A DNA stretch of 63,494 bases, the filler included, from Octopus bimaculoides (lineage: Eukaryota): the NCBI RefSeq assembly GCF_001194135.2. It is 9 parts of 9 records of this genome, joined end to end, with 100 filler letters (N's around TTAATTAATTAA, not from the genome) between each part and the next. Parts side by side here need not be neighbours in the genome. Positions count along the whole stretch, not along the records: positions 25,866 to 39,539 come from NC_069005.1; positions 39,640 to 47,088 come from NC_069007.1; 7 more parts are not named here. One strand, written 5' to 3'. The translations under genes were made by a program, and so were the position numbers. Below the pieces are notes generated by a model. It worked only from the letters and a program-made list of their open reading frames with translations, was not told the DNA's origin and made no database searches. Shown one piece after another: positions 35,761 through 47,188 of the stretch; the first letter of the stretch is position 1; each line of letters starts with the position of its first letter.

Positions 35761-38427
35761 ACGAAATTAATGTTTTATAACACGCAACTCAATCAGTGCT
35801 GCTACCTATGCATGTGTATATTTTTTTCACAGTAACCGTATTCGAAACCAAATTGCCAAATTATTTTCACAGCAATAAACAACTATGTAAAACACAGCAC
35901 GCTAATATAGAACCAGCAACGCTGTGGTTATGAAACGACTTCAATTTACTTCTCTATTTGATAAAACGAGCGCTCCATCAGAAGAAAATAAAAGCCATAC
36001 AATTGAAATTCAGTAAACATAGTCATCCACCAATAAGTGGGCATTATTACTCGACTGCAGCAGTTTCCACCTCTACAATGACGACGGCGAACGACTGTAA
36101 CAATGATATGTTAAATACGCAGTGCTTATCGCTCAATTAAAACCACTGATGTGTACAGTAAAATAACTGATATGCCATATGTAGTATTTGTTTATCAGTA
36201 AACCACTTGTCGATATATGTATTCAATGCAACGATATGTTAAAATTCGATTTCATTCTCCGATTCCATTAAATTAGTGAGGTAGATATGGAGAATAGAAT
36301 AGACAAGCAGAAATAATGATTTGCTTTCTCTAATCTATCCATATTTCGTATTTTTGTTCTCGTTTCAAATACGAATCTGGTGAATTTTTCCTTTCTGTCA
36401 TTAAACCCTGAGTTTGGAAAAAAAAAACTATCACCAGCCCCTACACACAAACGCACACGCACACACACACATACAGACACGAACACAATTCATTGTTGTG
36501 TTGACGAACAGTATTTTATTTATCTTTTGTATTTTTGCTAGTTCAAGTCATTGCAGTGCAACCATACAGGGAGTACATTTTGAACGGTTTAGTCAAACAA
36601 ATCGACACCACTATTTTTTTCGGTCAGGTATATATTCTATCGGAACATGTTGCCAAACCGCTAGGTTATAGAAAAGAAAACAAACCACCACCGGTTTTAA
36701 AGAGGTGGAAGAGGAACAAACAGATATAAAATGATACACACGCGAACACACTCATGGATATATATATATATATATNNNNNNNNNNNNNNNNNNNNNNNNN
36801 NNNNNNNNNNNNNNNNNNNNNNNNNNNNNNNNNNNNNNNNNNNNNNNNNNNNNNNNNNNNNNNNNNNNNNNNNNNNNNNNNNNNNNNNNNNNNNNNNNNN
36901 NNNNNNNNNNNNNNNNNNNNNNNNNNNNNNNNNNNNNNNNNNNNNNNNNNNNNNNNNNNNNNNNNNNNNNNNNNNNNNNNNNNNNNNNNNNNNNNNNNNN
37001 NNNNNNNNNNNNNNNNNNNNNNNNNNNNNNNNNNNNNNNNNNNNNNNNNNNNNNNNNNNNNNNNNNNNNNNNNNNNNNNNNNNNNNNNNNNNNNNNNNNN
37101 NNNNNNNNNNNNNNNNNNNNNNNNNNNNNNNNNNNNNNNNNNNNNNNNNNNNNNNNNNNNNNNNNNNNNNNNNNNNNNNNNNNNNNNNNNNNNNNNNNNN
37201 NNNNNNNNNNNNNNNNNNNNNNNNNNNNNNNNNNNNNNNNNNNNNNNNNNNNNNNNNNNNNNNNNNNNNNNNNNNNNNNNNNNNNNNNNNNNNNNNNNNN
37301 NNNNNNNNNNNNNNNNNNNNNNNNNNNNNNNNNNNNNNNNNNNNNNNNNNNNNNNNNNNNNNNNNNNNNNNNNNNNNNNNNNNNNNNNNNNNNNNNNNNN
37401 NNNNNNNNNNNNNNNNNNNNNNNNNNNNNNNNNNNNNNNNNNNNNNNNNNNNNNNNNNNNNNNNNNNNNNNNNNNNNNNNNNNNNTATATACATATATAT
37501 ATATGTATGTATATATATATATATATATATATATGATGATAATGATAATGGTGATGATAAGGAGGAGTAGGAGAAGGAAGATAAGGAGGAGGAGAAGAAG
37601 GAAGAGTAGTAGTAGGTGGAATAATACGACGTTAGAAACTACAGATTCACTACATATGTAACCAAAGAGGGACATAAATATTTGTATAGAACAGAAGAAT
37701 TTGATAGGATAGAAAATATTTGTAACCGTCATCTGCAAGTACAAAATTTAAATGAAGGAAAAACCAAAACGGTGAAACAGCTTATCATAATGAAATAAAC
37801 TAAATTTGGCGAAACAAGACAATGCTTCACTATTGAAACGAATCCACCGCAGAAAAAGAGTGAAATCATGAAGAAGCCGGGAGGAAGAAGAACCGAGAAC
37901 TTGACAAATGAAGACCAAAATCAAAAATAAATTGTACGTTGATAAAATATTCAGAAAGTGCACAATGGCAGTGATAGTTGGCTATAAAAGACACAGACGT
38001 ATGTCAAACCAACTTGAAGTACTTAGAAATAAATGTAATAAAAATACCCGCCTGAAGGGTAGCCGTGATATAAATCATTTGCTGCAACAACAGTGATTCA
38101 CTTTAAATATAAGATATACTATACAGCAGCTGTTTACAAAGTGGGTGCCCAAGGTGAGTTTGAAAATGTTACCTGGTAGCAGGGTATGGGCGATAGGTAA
38201 TTCTATGCAGATTTTAGTGTTTCGCCTCCACTGTATTCTTTCGTTCTTTTGTTTTTACTTGTTTCAGTCATTTGACTGGTGCCATGCTGGAGCAACGTCT
38301 TTAGTCAACCAAATCGACCCCAGGACTTATTCTTTGTAAGCCTAGTACTTATTCTGTCGGATCGTTTTGCCGAACCGCTAAGTTATGTGCCGTAAACACA
38401 CCACTTTGATATATAACGCTACTACTA

Positions 38428-38478
<51 letters not shown>

Positions 38479-39539
38479 ATCGTTTATATTATAGGCACAA
38501 GGTCTGAATTATGGGAGCGGAGGCTAGTTGATTTCATCGATCCAAGTGTGTAACTGGTAATTATTTTATTGACCCCGAAAGAATGAAAGGCAATGTCTGC
38601 CCCAGTTGCAATTGAACTCAGAGCGTAGAGACCGCTACTTAATTGTGACGAAAACACACCAACACCTGATGTTAATGAAAGAGGCGGACAATTAAGAGGT
38701 AAAACCATACTAGTACAACCCGATTTCATTCGGATCGACTCGGGTCAAATTTTAAAGATGCAAACTCCCCATAGACGTGCAAATTTTCAGGTCAATCCAA
38801 CCACATTTACTAACACTCTTGCCTGCACAACTGTTTGTGAAACAACATCCGCCCGTTTCACAAATATATATTATATACATTTCAGTTTCAGTCTACCAAA
38901 CCCAGGCATAAGGCTTTGTAGAAGACACTTGTTCAAGGTGGTTCGTAGTGAGACTGAACTCAACATCAAGTGTTTGGGAGTGTCAAACTACTTACAAAAT
39001 TGCAAAGCCTCTGTATGCCCAGATATACAGCGTTTGAAGTGCGATTAATCCTTGTTAGGATACCGGTGAGATAAGCGTTGATCTTCGTTGTCTCTAAATT
39101 CTTTCTTTCCTCCAAGGTGTTTGGCGTTTAAAATGTTTAAACCGTCTCTTGGTATAGACGTTCCTTTTTTTTCCTCGCAATTCCCAAAATATAATTCTCC
39201 TCACGACTGTGATAGGCACTTATACATGCTATAAAATATATATATTCTATAAAATATACCAATCATAGCTGCCGCAGCAAGAGCAAGGCCATTAAATGAT
39301 GATCAATTTTCTTCACTTGTTATAAAGGAATTGATCGTTTTGTGCATAGGAATCTCAAAGCACTTGATTCCTACCTCACATTTCAGAACTTTCGATCATT
39401 TTTCTGATCATTTATATTTATTTGTTCCCGTTTCTGCCGTATATTTCATAACCGAAAAAGAAAAAAAAAGAGAAGTGAAAAAAAAAAGAGAAAAATGAAA
39501 ATCAAATTCTTTATGAATCTTTCCTTCATTTCCGAATAT

Positions 39540-39639
39540 NNNNNNNNNNNNNNNNNNNNNNNNNNNNNNNNNNNNNNNNNNNNTTAATTAATTAANNNNN
39601 NNNNNNNNNNNNNNNNNNNNNNNNNNNNNNNNNNNNNNN
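39540..39639. other. Artificial 100-bp linker
   Basis: 44N-TTAATTAATTAA-44N. Confidence 0.95.
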
Positions 39640-39644
39640 AAAAA

Positions 39645-40205
39645 AAACATTCAGGCCTTGTGCCTATAAAAGAAAGGATTATCATCATTATTAATGCTGG
39701 ATTAAATGCTTAGTGGTATTTTGGCCATCTCTATGTTCTGAGTTCAAATTCCACCAAGGCTGACTTTGCCTTTCTTCCTTTTGGGGTTGATAAATTAAAA
39801 GTACCAGTGAAACATTGGGGTCGATGTAATCGTCTCATCCCCTCCCCACAAAATGGCTGCTCTTATGGCAAAATTTGAAACCACTATTAATGCTGGATGG
39901 AATGCTTGGCAGTATTTCGTCCATCTTGACGTTCTGAGTTCAAATTCCCCCGAGGTTGACTTTGCTTTTCATAATTTCAGGGTCAATAAATTAAGTACCA
40001 GTAATGCACTGTGGGTTAATGTAATCGACTAGCCCCCCCCATCCCCCACAATTCCAGGCCTTGTGCCTATAGTAGAAAGGATTAGTATTATTATTATTTT
40101 CAAGGTGGAAGAACCAGTTACTGAATGGGTGAAATGCTAAGTTGCATTATATCCATCTTTACATTCAGAGTTCAAATTCCGCTGAAGTTGACTTGGACTT
40201 TTGTC
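39645..40205 (+). mobile_element. Tandem SINE B copies (tail of one, two near-complete, one head)
   Basis: Repeated gttctgagttcaaattcc...gactttgc.ttt...aagtaccag units separated by (att)n. Confidence 0.8.
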
Positions 40206-40220
40206 GTTTTTAAGTCAAGC

Positions 40221-40470
40221 ATCATCATCATCATCATCGTCGTCGTTTAACGTCCGCTTTCCATGCTAGCATGGGTTGGACGATTTGACTGAGGACTGGT
40301 GAAACCAGATGGCTACACCAGGCTCCGATCTGATTTGGCAGAGTTTCTACAGCTGGATGCCCTTCCTAACTAACGCCAACCACTCCAAGAGTGTAGTGGG
40401 TGCTTTTACGTGCCACCTGCACGAAGGCCAGTCAGGTGGTACTGGCAACGGCCACGCTCAAAATGGTGTA
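40221..40470 (-). mobile_element. Young SINE family R copy (CpGs retained)
   Basis: (cat)n cgtttaacgtccgctttccatgctagcatgggttggacg...ggatgcccttcctaac. Confidence 0.8.
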
Positions 40471-40928
40471 AAAGAAGTATTTTTTATGCTTAGCAGCATT
40501 TCATCCGTCCTTCATATTCTGCTGAGGTTGACAATTTTCTTTCATCTCTTCAGGGTCAATAAAACAAGCTCCAATAGAGCACTGGGGTCGATGAAATTGA
40601 CCAGGCCTCTGCCCCCAAATTTCAGGTCTTGGGCCTATAGTAGATAGGATTATTATCAATCACTACTGACAAAGTAGACACATTTTTATTAGTTTTTGTT
40701 TCTTCAAAGTAAAAGGAATTTGCTAGATAAAATAGTATTTTTACTAAGAAATACTTGCATAAAGGAGTCTCCCTTTACAGGAGTTGACCTGACAAACAAG
40801 AAAAGAAGTCTTATTTACTTTTAGACAAAATTTTTATTTTTTCCTCTTTCTGATCACCAAAGATGCACATGACCATTTCATGCAATACTCAAAAAAAAAA
40901 AGAAAAAAAGAAAAAAAACCTCTAAAAT

Positions 40929-41176
40929 CGAACTCAGAATCTTGGGGTTAGCAGCTCTTAACCACTATGCCTGTGGGCATATGGCATAGTGGTTAAGAGC
41001 GCGAGTTCCATTCCAGGCAGTGACCTGAATAATAATAATAACATCGAAAAATACCTTAGAAATGAGAACCCAGGTTCGAAATTTCCCCAAGACACCTGAT
41101 GAAGGCTGGAGGATATATCAGCCGAAACGTTGTGTTAACAACAAACAAGATGAAGACAAATATCCGTCAAATGTAA
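40929..41176 (+). mobile_element. tRNA-headed SINE-like element carrying a hammerhead ribozyme, with an inverted copy of its head at the 5' end
   Basis: A box tggcatagtggtt, B-box-like gagttccattcc and ggttcgaaat, internal (AAT)n, hammerhead core at 41091-41136. Confidence 0.75.
41091..41136 (+). ncRNA. Minimal type I hammerhead ribozyme (Penelope-type)
   Basis: gacac-CUGAUGA-A-ggctg[gaggatatat]cagcc-GAAA-CG-UU/gtgtt. Stem I is gacac/gtgtt, stem II is ggctg/cagcc, stem III is the loopless palindrome ACGU, and the GUU cleavage triplet places the cut after 41131. Confidence 0.75.
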
Positions 41177-41851
41177 AACCCCTTGATATTAAACATTTTC
41201 CAGGGAGATCAAAAAGCATGACAATATTTTGTGCTTAGCAGTATTTCACCTGTCTTTATGTTCTGAGTTCAAATTCTGCCAAGGTCGGCTTTGCCTTTCA
41301 TCCTTTTGGAGTTGATAAATTAAGTACCAGTTGCACATTTTGATCGATCTAATCGAATGTCCCCCCCTCCAAAAAAATAAAATTTCAAGCCTTGTTCCTA
41401 GAGTAGAAAAGAATATTTTGTGCATTGAACTGCAGGTCCACCTTCCACAGGTAAACTTTAGAAGCCCATGAGAAAAAAAAAGAGTACTGAACTTCTGTTT
41501 CATGTAAGATGCAACAGGATTTCTAATTCACTCCAACCATGAACTGGAAACAACTCTTTGGAAAAGACAGCAGGACTATAAACTCCAGGGGAGTTGGAGA
41601 TCAATATAGGCAGGTGGTCGGTGGAGGGGTGAGATCACCATGACTATACAAGTCCTCAATGACTCTGCAAGACCACAAAGTACCAGAACTGTCTTGTAGA
41701 AGAGCACCTTAAAGCTCAGCATCCAAGGTAGACAAAGCAGCTGTTATATGTAAAGTAGTAAAACACATCTAAAAGCTTTCTGTACTGAAAGTCTGAAAGA
41801 ATAAAAAGAAACAAATGATGGACATTGTCAGTCCTAAGGCAACATCAGACA

Positions 41852-42593
41852 AAACCCCTGAACCTCCATATGAAACTGTCCTGTACTCTGAACCTCCATA
41901 TGAAACTGTCCTGTACTCTGAAACCCCAAAACCCCTGAACCTCCATATGAAACTGTCCTGTACTCTGAAACCCCAAAGCCCCTGAACCTCCATATGAAAC
42001 TGTCCTGTACTCTGAAACCCCAAAGCCCCTGAACCTCCATATGAAACTGTCCTGTACTCTGAAACCCCAAAACCCCTGAACCTCCATNNNNNNNNNNNNN
42101 NNNNNNNNNNNNNNNNNNNNNNNNNNNNNNNNNNNNNNNNNNNNNNNNNNNNNNNNNNNNNNNNNNNNNNNNNNNNNNNNNNNNNNNNNNNNNNNNNNNN
42201 NNNNNNNNNNNNNNNNNNNNNNNNNNNNNNNNNNNNNNNNNNNNNNNNNNNNNNNNNNNNNNNNNNNNNNNNNNNNNNNNNNNNNNNNNNNNNNNNNNNN
42301 NNNNNNNNNNNNNNNNNNNNNNNNNNNNNNNNNNNNNNNNNNNNNNNNNNNNNNNNNNNNNNNNNNNNNNNNNNNNNNNNNNNNNNNNNNNNNNNNNNNN
42401 NNNNNNNNNNNNNNNNNNNNNNNNNNNNNNNNNNNNNNNNNNNNNNNNNNNNNNNNNNNNNNNNNNNNNNNNNNNNNNNNNNNNNNNNNNNNNNNTCTGA
42501 ACCTCCATATGAAACTGTCCTGTACTCTGAAACCCCAAAACCCCTGAACCTCCATATGAAACTGTCCTGTACTCTGAAACCCCAAAACCCCTG
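41852..42593. repeat. 47-bp minisatellite spanning an N gap
   Basis: Unit ctgaacctccatatgaaactgtcctgtactctgaaaccccaaaaccc starts at 41888, 41935, 41982 and 42029; a 30-bp truncated unit starts at 41858. Confidence 0.95.
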
Positions 42594-43337
42594 CCTTCCA
42601 GCCACAACCAGCATAAACAAGATGCACCCAACCACACATGGTAGCCTCAACGTGGTTACTTGACGTCTTATAACTGAGAGCCAAATCCCTTTCAACTCTT
42701 AGTCAGTTGTCTTAAAACTGGAGGAATACATCAGGTAGTGTGGTCCATTTTTTATTAATTTGGTTTTGTGGAAGTGGGTGTTTCCATGATCATTGCAGGC
42801 CCTCACAGACCAGTGAGTTCTGTCTTTGACAGCTCAAGGTCAACATGATCAGGGAGGGAATTTGTATCTCAATATTGAATAAGATTAGATTGTAAGTAGG
42901 TGTAATGGTATGAAGTGTTGGAAGTTACGTATAGCTGATGTTTACGTAGGAAAGGTTACAGAAGAATGTAAGGTGTCATCATCTACACACATTCCTTTCT
43001 AAACATATCCATACATTGAGTGTTGATATGGTTGGAAGGGTGACAGAGACACTGCTGTTTAACCTAAATTAAAACTGAAGTATAGAAAGTTTCATAAAAT
43101 ATAGAGATTACTATGTTAAATTCAAATTACGACAAACGTAAATGAACAAACGAAGTTTGCTTTTAGAAGCGTTGAGATGTCTTAGAAAGTTAAAGAAGTC
43201 ATTTTAAATTCTCAATCGCAGGATAATGCTAATAACATAGCCTGAACAGGATAAACTACCCCTATTTTGCAGAAAAAAGTGTGGGAGGCCAGCCAAGTAA
43301 TGCAGTAGTTTAGCTAACAAGAAATCACACGTAAACT

Positions 43338-43495
43338 GCTCCTTTCCCCAGAAAGGAAAGATTTGGCTGCTATTTCTAGCATGCCCTGTTACCATGTAAT
43401 ACCTGCTTTTGGTCCTATATTGCAAACAGCTGTTACGTGGTAGCAGGGCATGCTAGAAATAGTAACCAGATCTGTCCTTTTCTGGGGAAAGGAGC
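43338..43495. repeat. Inverted repeat (hairpin) with arms of about 60 bp, built from the family D motif
   Basis: gctcctttccccagaaagg...atttctagcatgccctgttaccatgtaa versus ttacgtggtagcagggcatgctagaaat...ttctggggaaaggagc. Confidence 0.85.
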
Positions 43496-44105
43496 CATTT
43501 ATGTGTGATTTCAATGTCACATTAGTTGAAAGCATGTGAAATAACCTGGAAAAGAAAAAAAAAAGCTGCAAAACAAAACTCCATTGGTGGGAAACTCAGA
43601 GGTCCCCATCACCCCTCCACCCCTTTCTTTTCCGGAAAAAAAATGGCTTGCGGCAGATTTGGAGGTGAGATATGCTGGATGCACTTGGAAAAAAATTATT
43701 TCATACTGAGATACGAATGGGTCCTTTAAGAAATATTTACCAAAAATGATTAAAAAAAAAAATTAAAATATTGTCTGTTTAAAGAAAGCTAAAATATAAA
43801 TACTTACTGTACAAACAACTTGTAATTTTGAAATCAAAATCCAAAAATATTTCTAAATGACTAANNNNNNNNNNNNNNNNNNNNNNNNNNNNNNNNNNNN
43901 NNNNNNNNNNNNNNNNNNNNNNNNNNNNNNNNNNNNNNNNNNNNNNNNNNNNNNNNNNNNNNNNNNNNNNNNNNNNNNNNNNNNNNNNNNNNNNNNNNNN
44001 NNNNNNNNNNNNNNNNNNNNNNNNNNNNNNNNNNNNNNNNNNNNNNNNNNNNNNNNNNNNNNNNNNNNNNNNNNNNNNNNNNNNNNNNNNNNTTTTCTTG
44101 GCAAG

Positions 44106-44390
44106 TTAACCCATTACCTACCAGTGATCTCATATGAGATCACTTAAAAATTACAAATTTCGTAATTATCTGTCAATATTGACACATATCTAACCTTTTT
44201 GCTATATCTACTAGGTATATTTCTCTGATATTCAAATGAGGTTTGCTAATTTTTCACCCAATATCTCGCTTATTTCTATTAAAAATGTTATTTTGATCAT
44301 TCCAGTGTGTTTCTAAGGCTGTTTTATGCTAGAAATCAAAGTTTCATAAAAAAATTCCAGTTAATAGAATTATGGGAGGTAATGGGTTAA
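44106..44390. mobile_element. TTAA-flanked MITE (third family) with a subterminal 22-bp palindrome
   Basis: Perfect ttaacccattacct...aggtaatgggttaa; agtgatctcatatgagatcact at 44123-44144. Confidence 0.82.
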
Positions 44391-45047
44391 AGTCACTAAG
44401 ACTTTTGCCCAAGTCATGAAGTTTGTCTTCAAAATACAGAAGACATTGATCATAAGGTCTCTAATCAAAAGGTTAGAGTTTCTCCCTTTTCAGGGTTACG
44501 TTATTTTCAGAAGATTTTCCCATTATACACTATTTTGAGTATTTATCAATACCCGCCAAACCACCCCATATCTCAGGAATCCATGGTCCAATTATGTGAA
44601 ACTTGTTTTATTCTGTTTGTATTCACATTTCAGAGATACCTTAATTCATAGTATTTTCCCATTATGTACAAGTTTGGTCATATTAAATTACAGACAAGCA
44701 AGCAATCAGAAAGTTTTAGTAGTATATAGATTTAAAACATTTAAAAAAAATTAGCTTTTAATATGAATGTGACTATTTCAACAAAAATTACAGTGATAAG
44801 ACTTGTATACAAATTTCATTTTATATCAATTTATTCAGAATATCTTAGTAATATTTTCTTCTTGTATATATTAGTCTATAACAGGCGCGGGCATGGCTGT
44901 GTGGTTAGGAAGCTTGCTTCCCAGCTACATGGTTTCGGGTTCATGGTAGGCGTAAGTTACTGCTGTGTGTGTATATGTCTGTGTATGTGCTTGTGCCTCT
45001 CTCCCAGAGAGAGAGAGAGGGGAACAGCTTCTCAATGAGAATAATTT

Positions 45048-45422
45048 TTAGCAAATTTCATTTTTATAAGGTTTTACATCTATATTGTTCCAGTTATGAT
45101 TAATGAGATTGTGTTTCTGTAAGAAATCTTATTGACAAATAAGAATTACCAAATCTTATTCCAAGGTGTACTTGTGGATTGCAAGACTCCAATATATTTC
45201 ACAATGACTGTCTACAAACTGATACATTTTTTTACATTGATGTAGTTTTCTTTTTCATTCAGTTTATACTTATTTGTCAACCCAAGTTTATAATTCACAA
45301 TTAAGAATTTCTTTCATATTGTAGTGAAAGGGCTCCTCTGAAACAAGAAGCAAATTTATAGACTCCAAGATGAGAGTTGAATGAGAATGAATTCTGATCC
45401 ATTCCACCTTGATTAAATGTTC
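45048..45422 (-). pseudogene. Decayed C2H2 finger remnants downstream of the ZNF stop codon
   Basis: Broken-frame fragments SFSFNSHLGVYK, EEPFHYN, HCEI..LAIHKYT and FLQKHNLINH....VKPYKNEIC*K. Confidence 0.65.
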
Positions 45423-46256
45423 TCATGCTTCATATTTCAATGGTTTCCCCCCTGTGTGTTTTAATTTGTGAGTTTTTAAGTGACTGTTAGTGATAAATGA
45501 TTTCCCACAAAACTCACAGAGATATGGTTTTTCCCCAGTGTGTATTTTCCTGTGAACTACAAGATGGGAATTGACAGAGAAAGACTTGCCACAAATTTCG
45601 CAAGGAAATGGTTTCTCTCCCGTATGACTACGTATGTGGATTGTAAGCTTAGAATTTTCACTGAAACACTTGCCACATATTTCACAGTGGAAAGGTTTTT
45701 CTCCGGTGTGGCTGCGTACGTGAATTACAAGACTTGAATTATCAGAGAATGATTTGCCACAAATTTCACAGTGAAACGGTTTTTCTCCGGTGTGACTACG
45801 TTTGTGTTTTGTTAAGTCACTGTTATAAACAAAAGATTTCTCACACACTTCACAGCGATAATGTTTCTCTTCAGTATGAATTCTTTTGTGTCTGTTTAAA
45901 CCCCCATTATCAACAAACGACTTTGCACAAATTTCACAATGATAAGGCCTTTCTCCAGTATGTTGTCTTTTGTGTCTTGTTAATTTACTGTTAGATACAA
46001 AATATTTGCCACAGACTTCACAGCAATATGGTTTTCTTCTATTGTGTATTTCCTTGTGTATAACGACTTCATATTCTGAAGGGAAAGTTTCCCTACAAAT
46101 CTCACAGCGATATTCAGGAATGTTTCTTTGTAATAACTTTTGTATTGTCAATGTCCCGATAGGTAAAGCTTTCTCTCCGCTGAATGTCTGTGTAACTGAA
46201 CCTTTATTGTTAAGAAGAGTTGTGCTGGATGTATCCGAATGATTAACATCTTCCAT
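45423..46256 (-). CDS. C2H2 zinc-finger protein, 277 aa, 8 tandem fingers, no recognisable effector domain
   Basis: Eight C-x2-C-x12-H-x3-H units, mostly joined by TGE(K/R)P-type linkers. In-frame upstream TAG at 46308-10. Plausible 5'UTR acceptor ttttcaacag ending at 46444. Confidence 0.93.
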   Translation of the reverse strand: MEDVNHSDTSSTTLLNNKGSVTQTFSGEKALPIGTLTIQKLLQRNIPEYRCEICRETFPSEYEVVIHKEIHNRRKPYCCEVCGKYFVSNSKLTRHKRQHTGERPYHCEICAKSFVDNGGLNRHKRIHTEEKHYRCEVCEKSFVYNSDLTKHKRSHTGEKPFHCEICGKSFSDNSSLVIHVRSHTGEKPFHCEICGKCFSENSKLTIHIRSHTGEKPFPCEICGKSFSVNSHLVVHRKIHTGEKPYLCEFCGKSFITNSHLKTHKLKHTGGKPLKYEA

Positions 46257-46831
46257 ATTAATTCTTAAAAAATTCTTAAAAGTTGAAAAAACGTCTCTGA
46301 GTATAATCTAAAATGTTATAGTTTTTTCTCTTGGATATCCTGAAACTCTATTTACATGTGTACAAAATATACAATGTTGCTGTATTTTCTCCTTACCACT
46401 AGAATTCTGAGGTTGATTGGGGCCTTCAACAGTGGCACACAGACTGTTGAAAAATAAAAGGGTTTCTATTTCTAGATTAAGAAATGTAAATACACTTAAA
46501 AGAAGCTATGTAGGCTGAAAATATAGAAGATCCATAAATGACTGGTAGCAGAGATCCGGGTGAAATTGGCATTCTTTGACTTTTGAGTTGTAATGGAACA
46601 TGAAGGATAACTGTAAAAGAAGAAAATAGACTGTGAGAGACTGATGTTGGTGAAAGACAGAGAGAGAGAGAGAGAAAGTGAGAGTATGTGCTGCAATGGC
46701 AATACGAATGGCATATACCTTAGGTCTGAAAGTCAGTGCATAGCACCTTGGGCATGTGTCTTATACCATAGCCTCAAGCCAACCAAAGTCTTGCAAGATG
46801 ATTTGGTAGATGGAAACTGAAAGAAGTCCGT

Positions 46832-46867
<36 letters not shown>

Positions 46868-46868
46868 A

Positions 46869-47088
46869 GGCAGGTTAACTAGGAAGTTAGTTTTTGTATG
46901 TGGCAGATGTTCAGGTGCAATAAATACTGTAAACAAACAGGAAACAACTTCTGTCTCATTCCAGGGAGAAAAACTAGAGGTGGTTGATAGCTTCCGCTAT
47001 CTGGGTGACCAAGTTAGTAGTGGGGGTGGGTGCACTGAAAGTGTAGCTGCTAGCATAAGAATAGCCTGGGCAAAGTTCAGAGAGCTCT
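46869..47088 (+). mobile_element. RTE-clade LINE ORF2 fragment (RT thumb region), cut by the linker
   Basis: Stop-free GRLTRKLVFVCGRCSGAINTVNKQETTSVSFQGEKLEVVDSFRYLGDQVSSGGGCTESVAASIRIAWAKFREL, containing the RT YLG motif. Confidence 0.85.
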
Positions 47089-47188
47089 NNNNNNNNNNNN
47101 NNNNNNNNNNNNNNNNNNNNNNNNNNNNNNNNTTAATTAATTAANNNNNNNNNNNNNNNNNNNNNNNNNNNNNNNNNNNNNNNNNNNN
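47089..47188. other. Artificial 100-bp linker
   Basis: 44N-TTAATTAATTAA-44N. Confidence 0.95.

Noticed and set aside
41769-42695. Repetitive ORFs over the 47-bp array, or a CRISPR-like array
   Set aside because: The unit length is not a multiple of 3, the ORFs span an N gap, and there are no unique spacers or cas genes.
44395-44732. Possible Helitron 5' end (reverse complement atctatatactactaaaac) and a similar end near 62499
   Set aside because: Only a terminal resemblance; no matching 3' hairpin-CTAG or second copy could be tied to it.
45423-45425. TGA at a Cys position read as selenocysteine
   Set aside because: The downstream sequence is frameshifted and decayed, and no SECIS was recognised.
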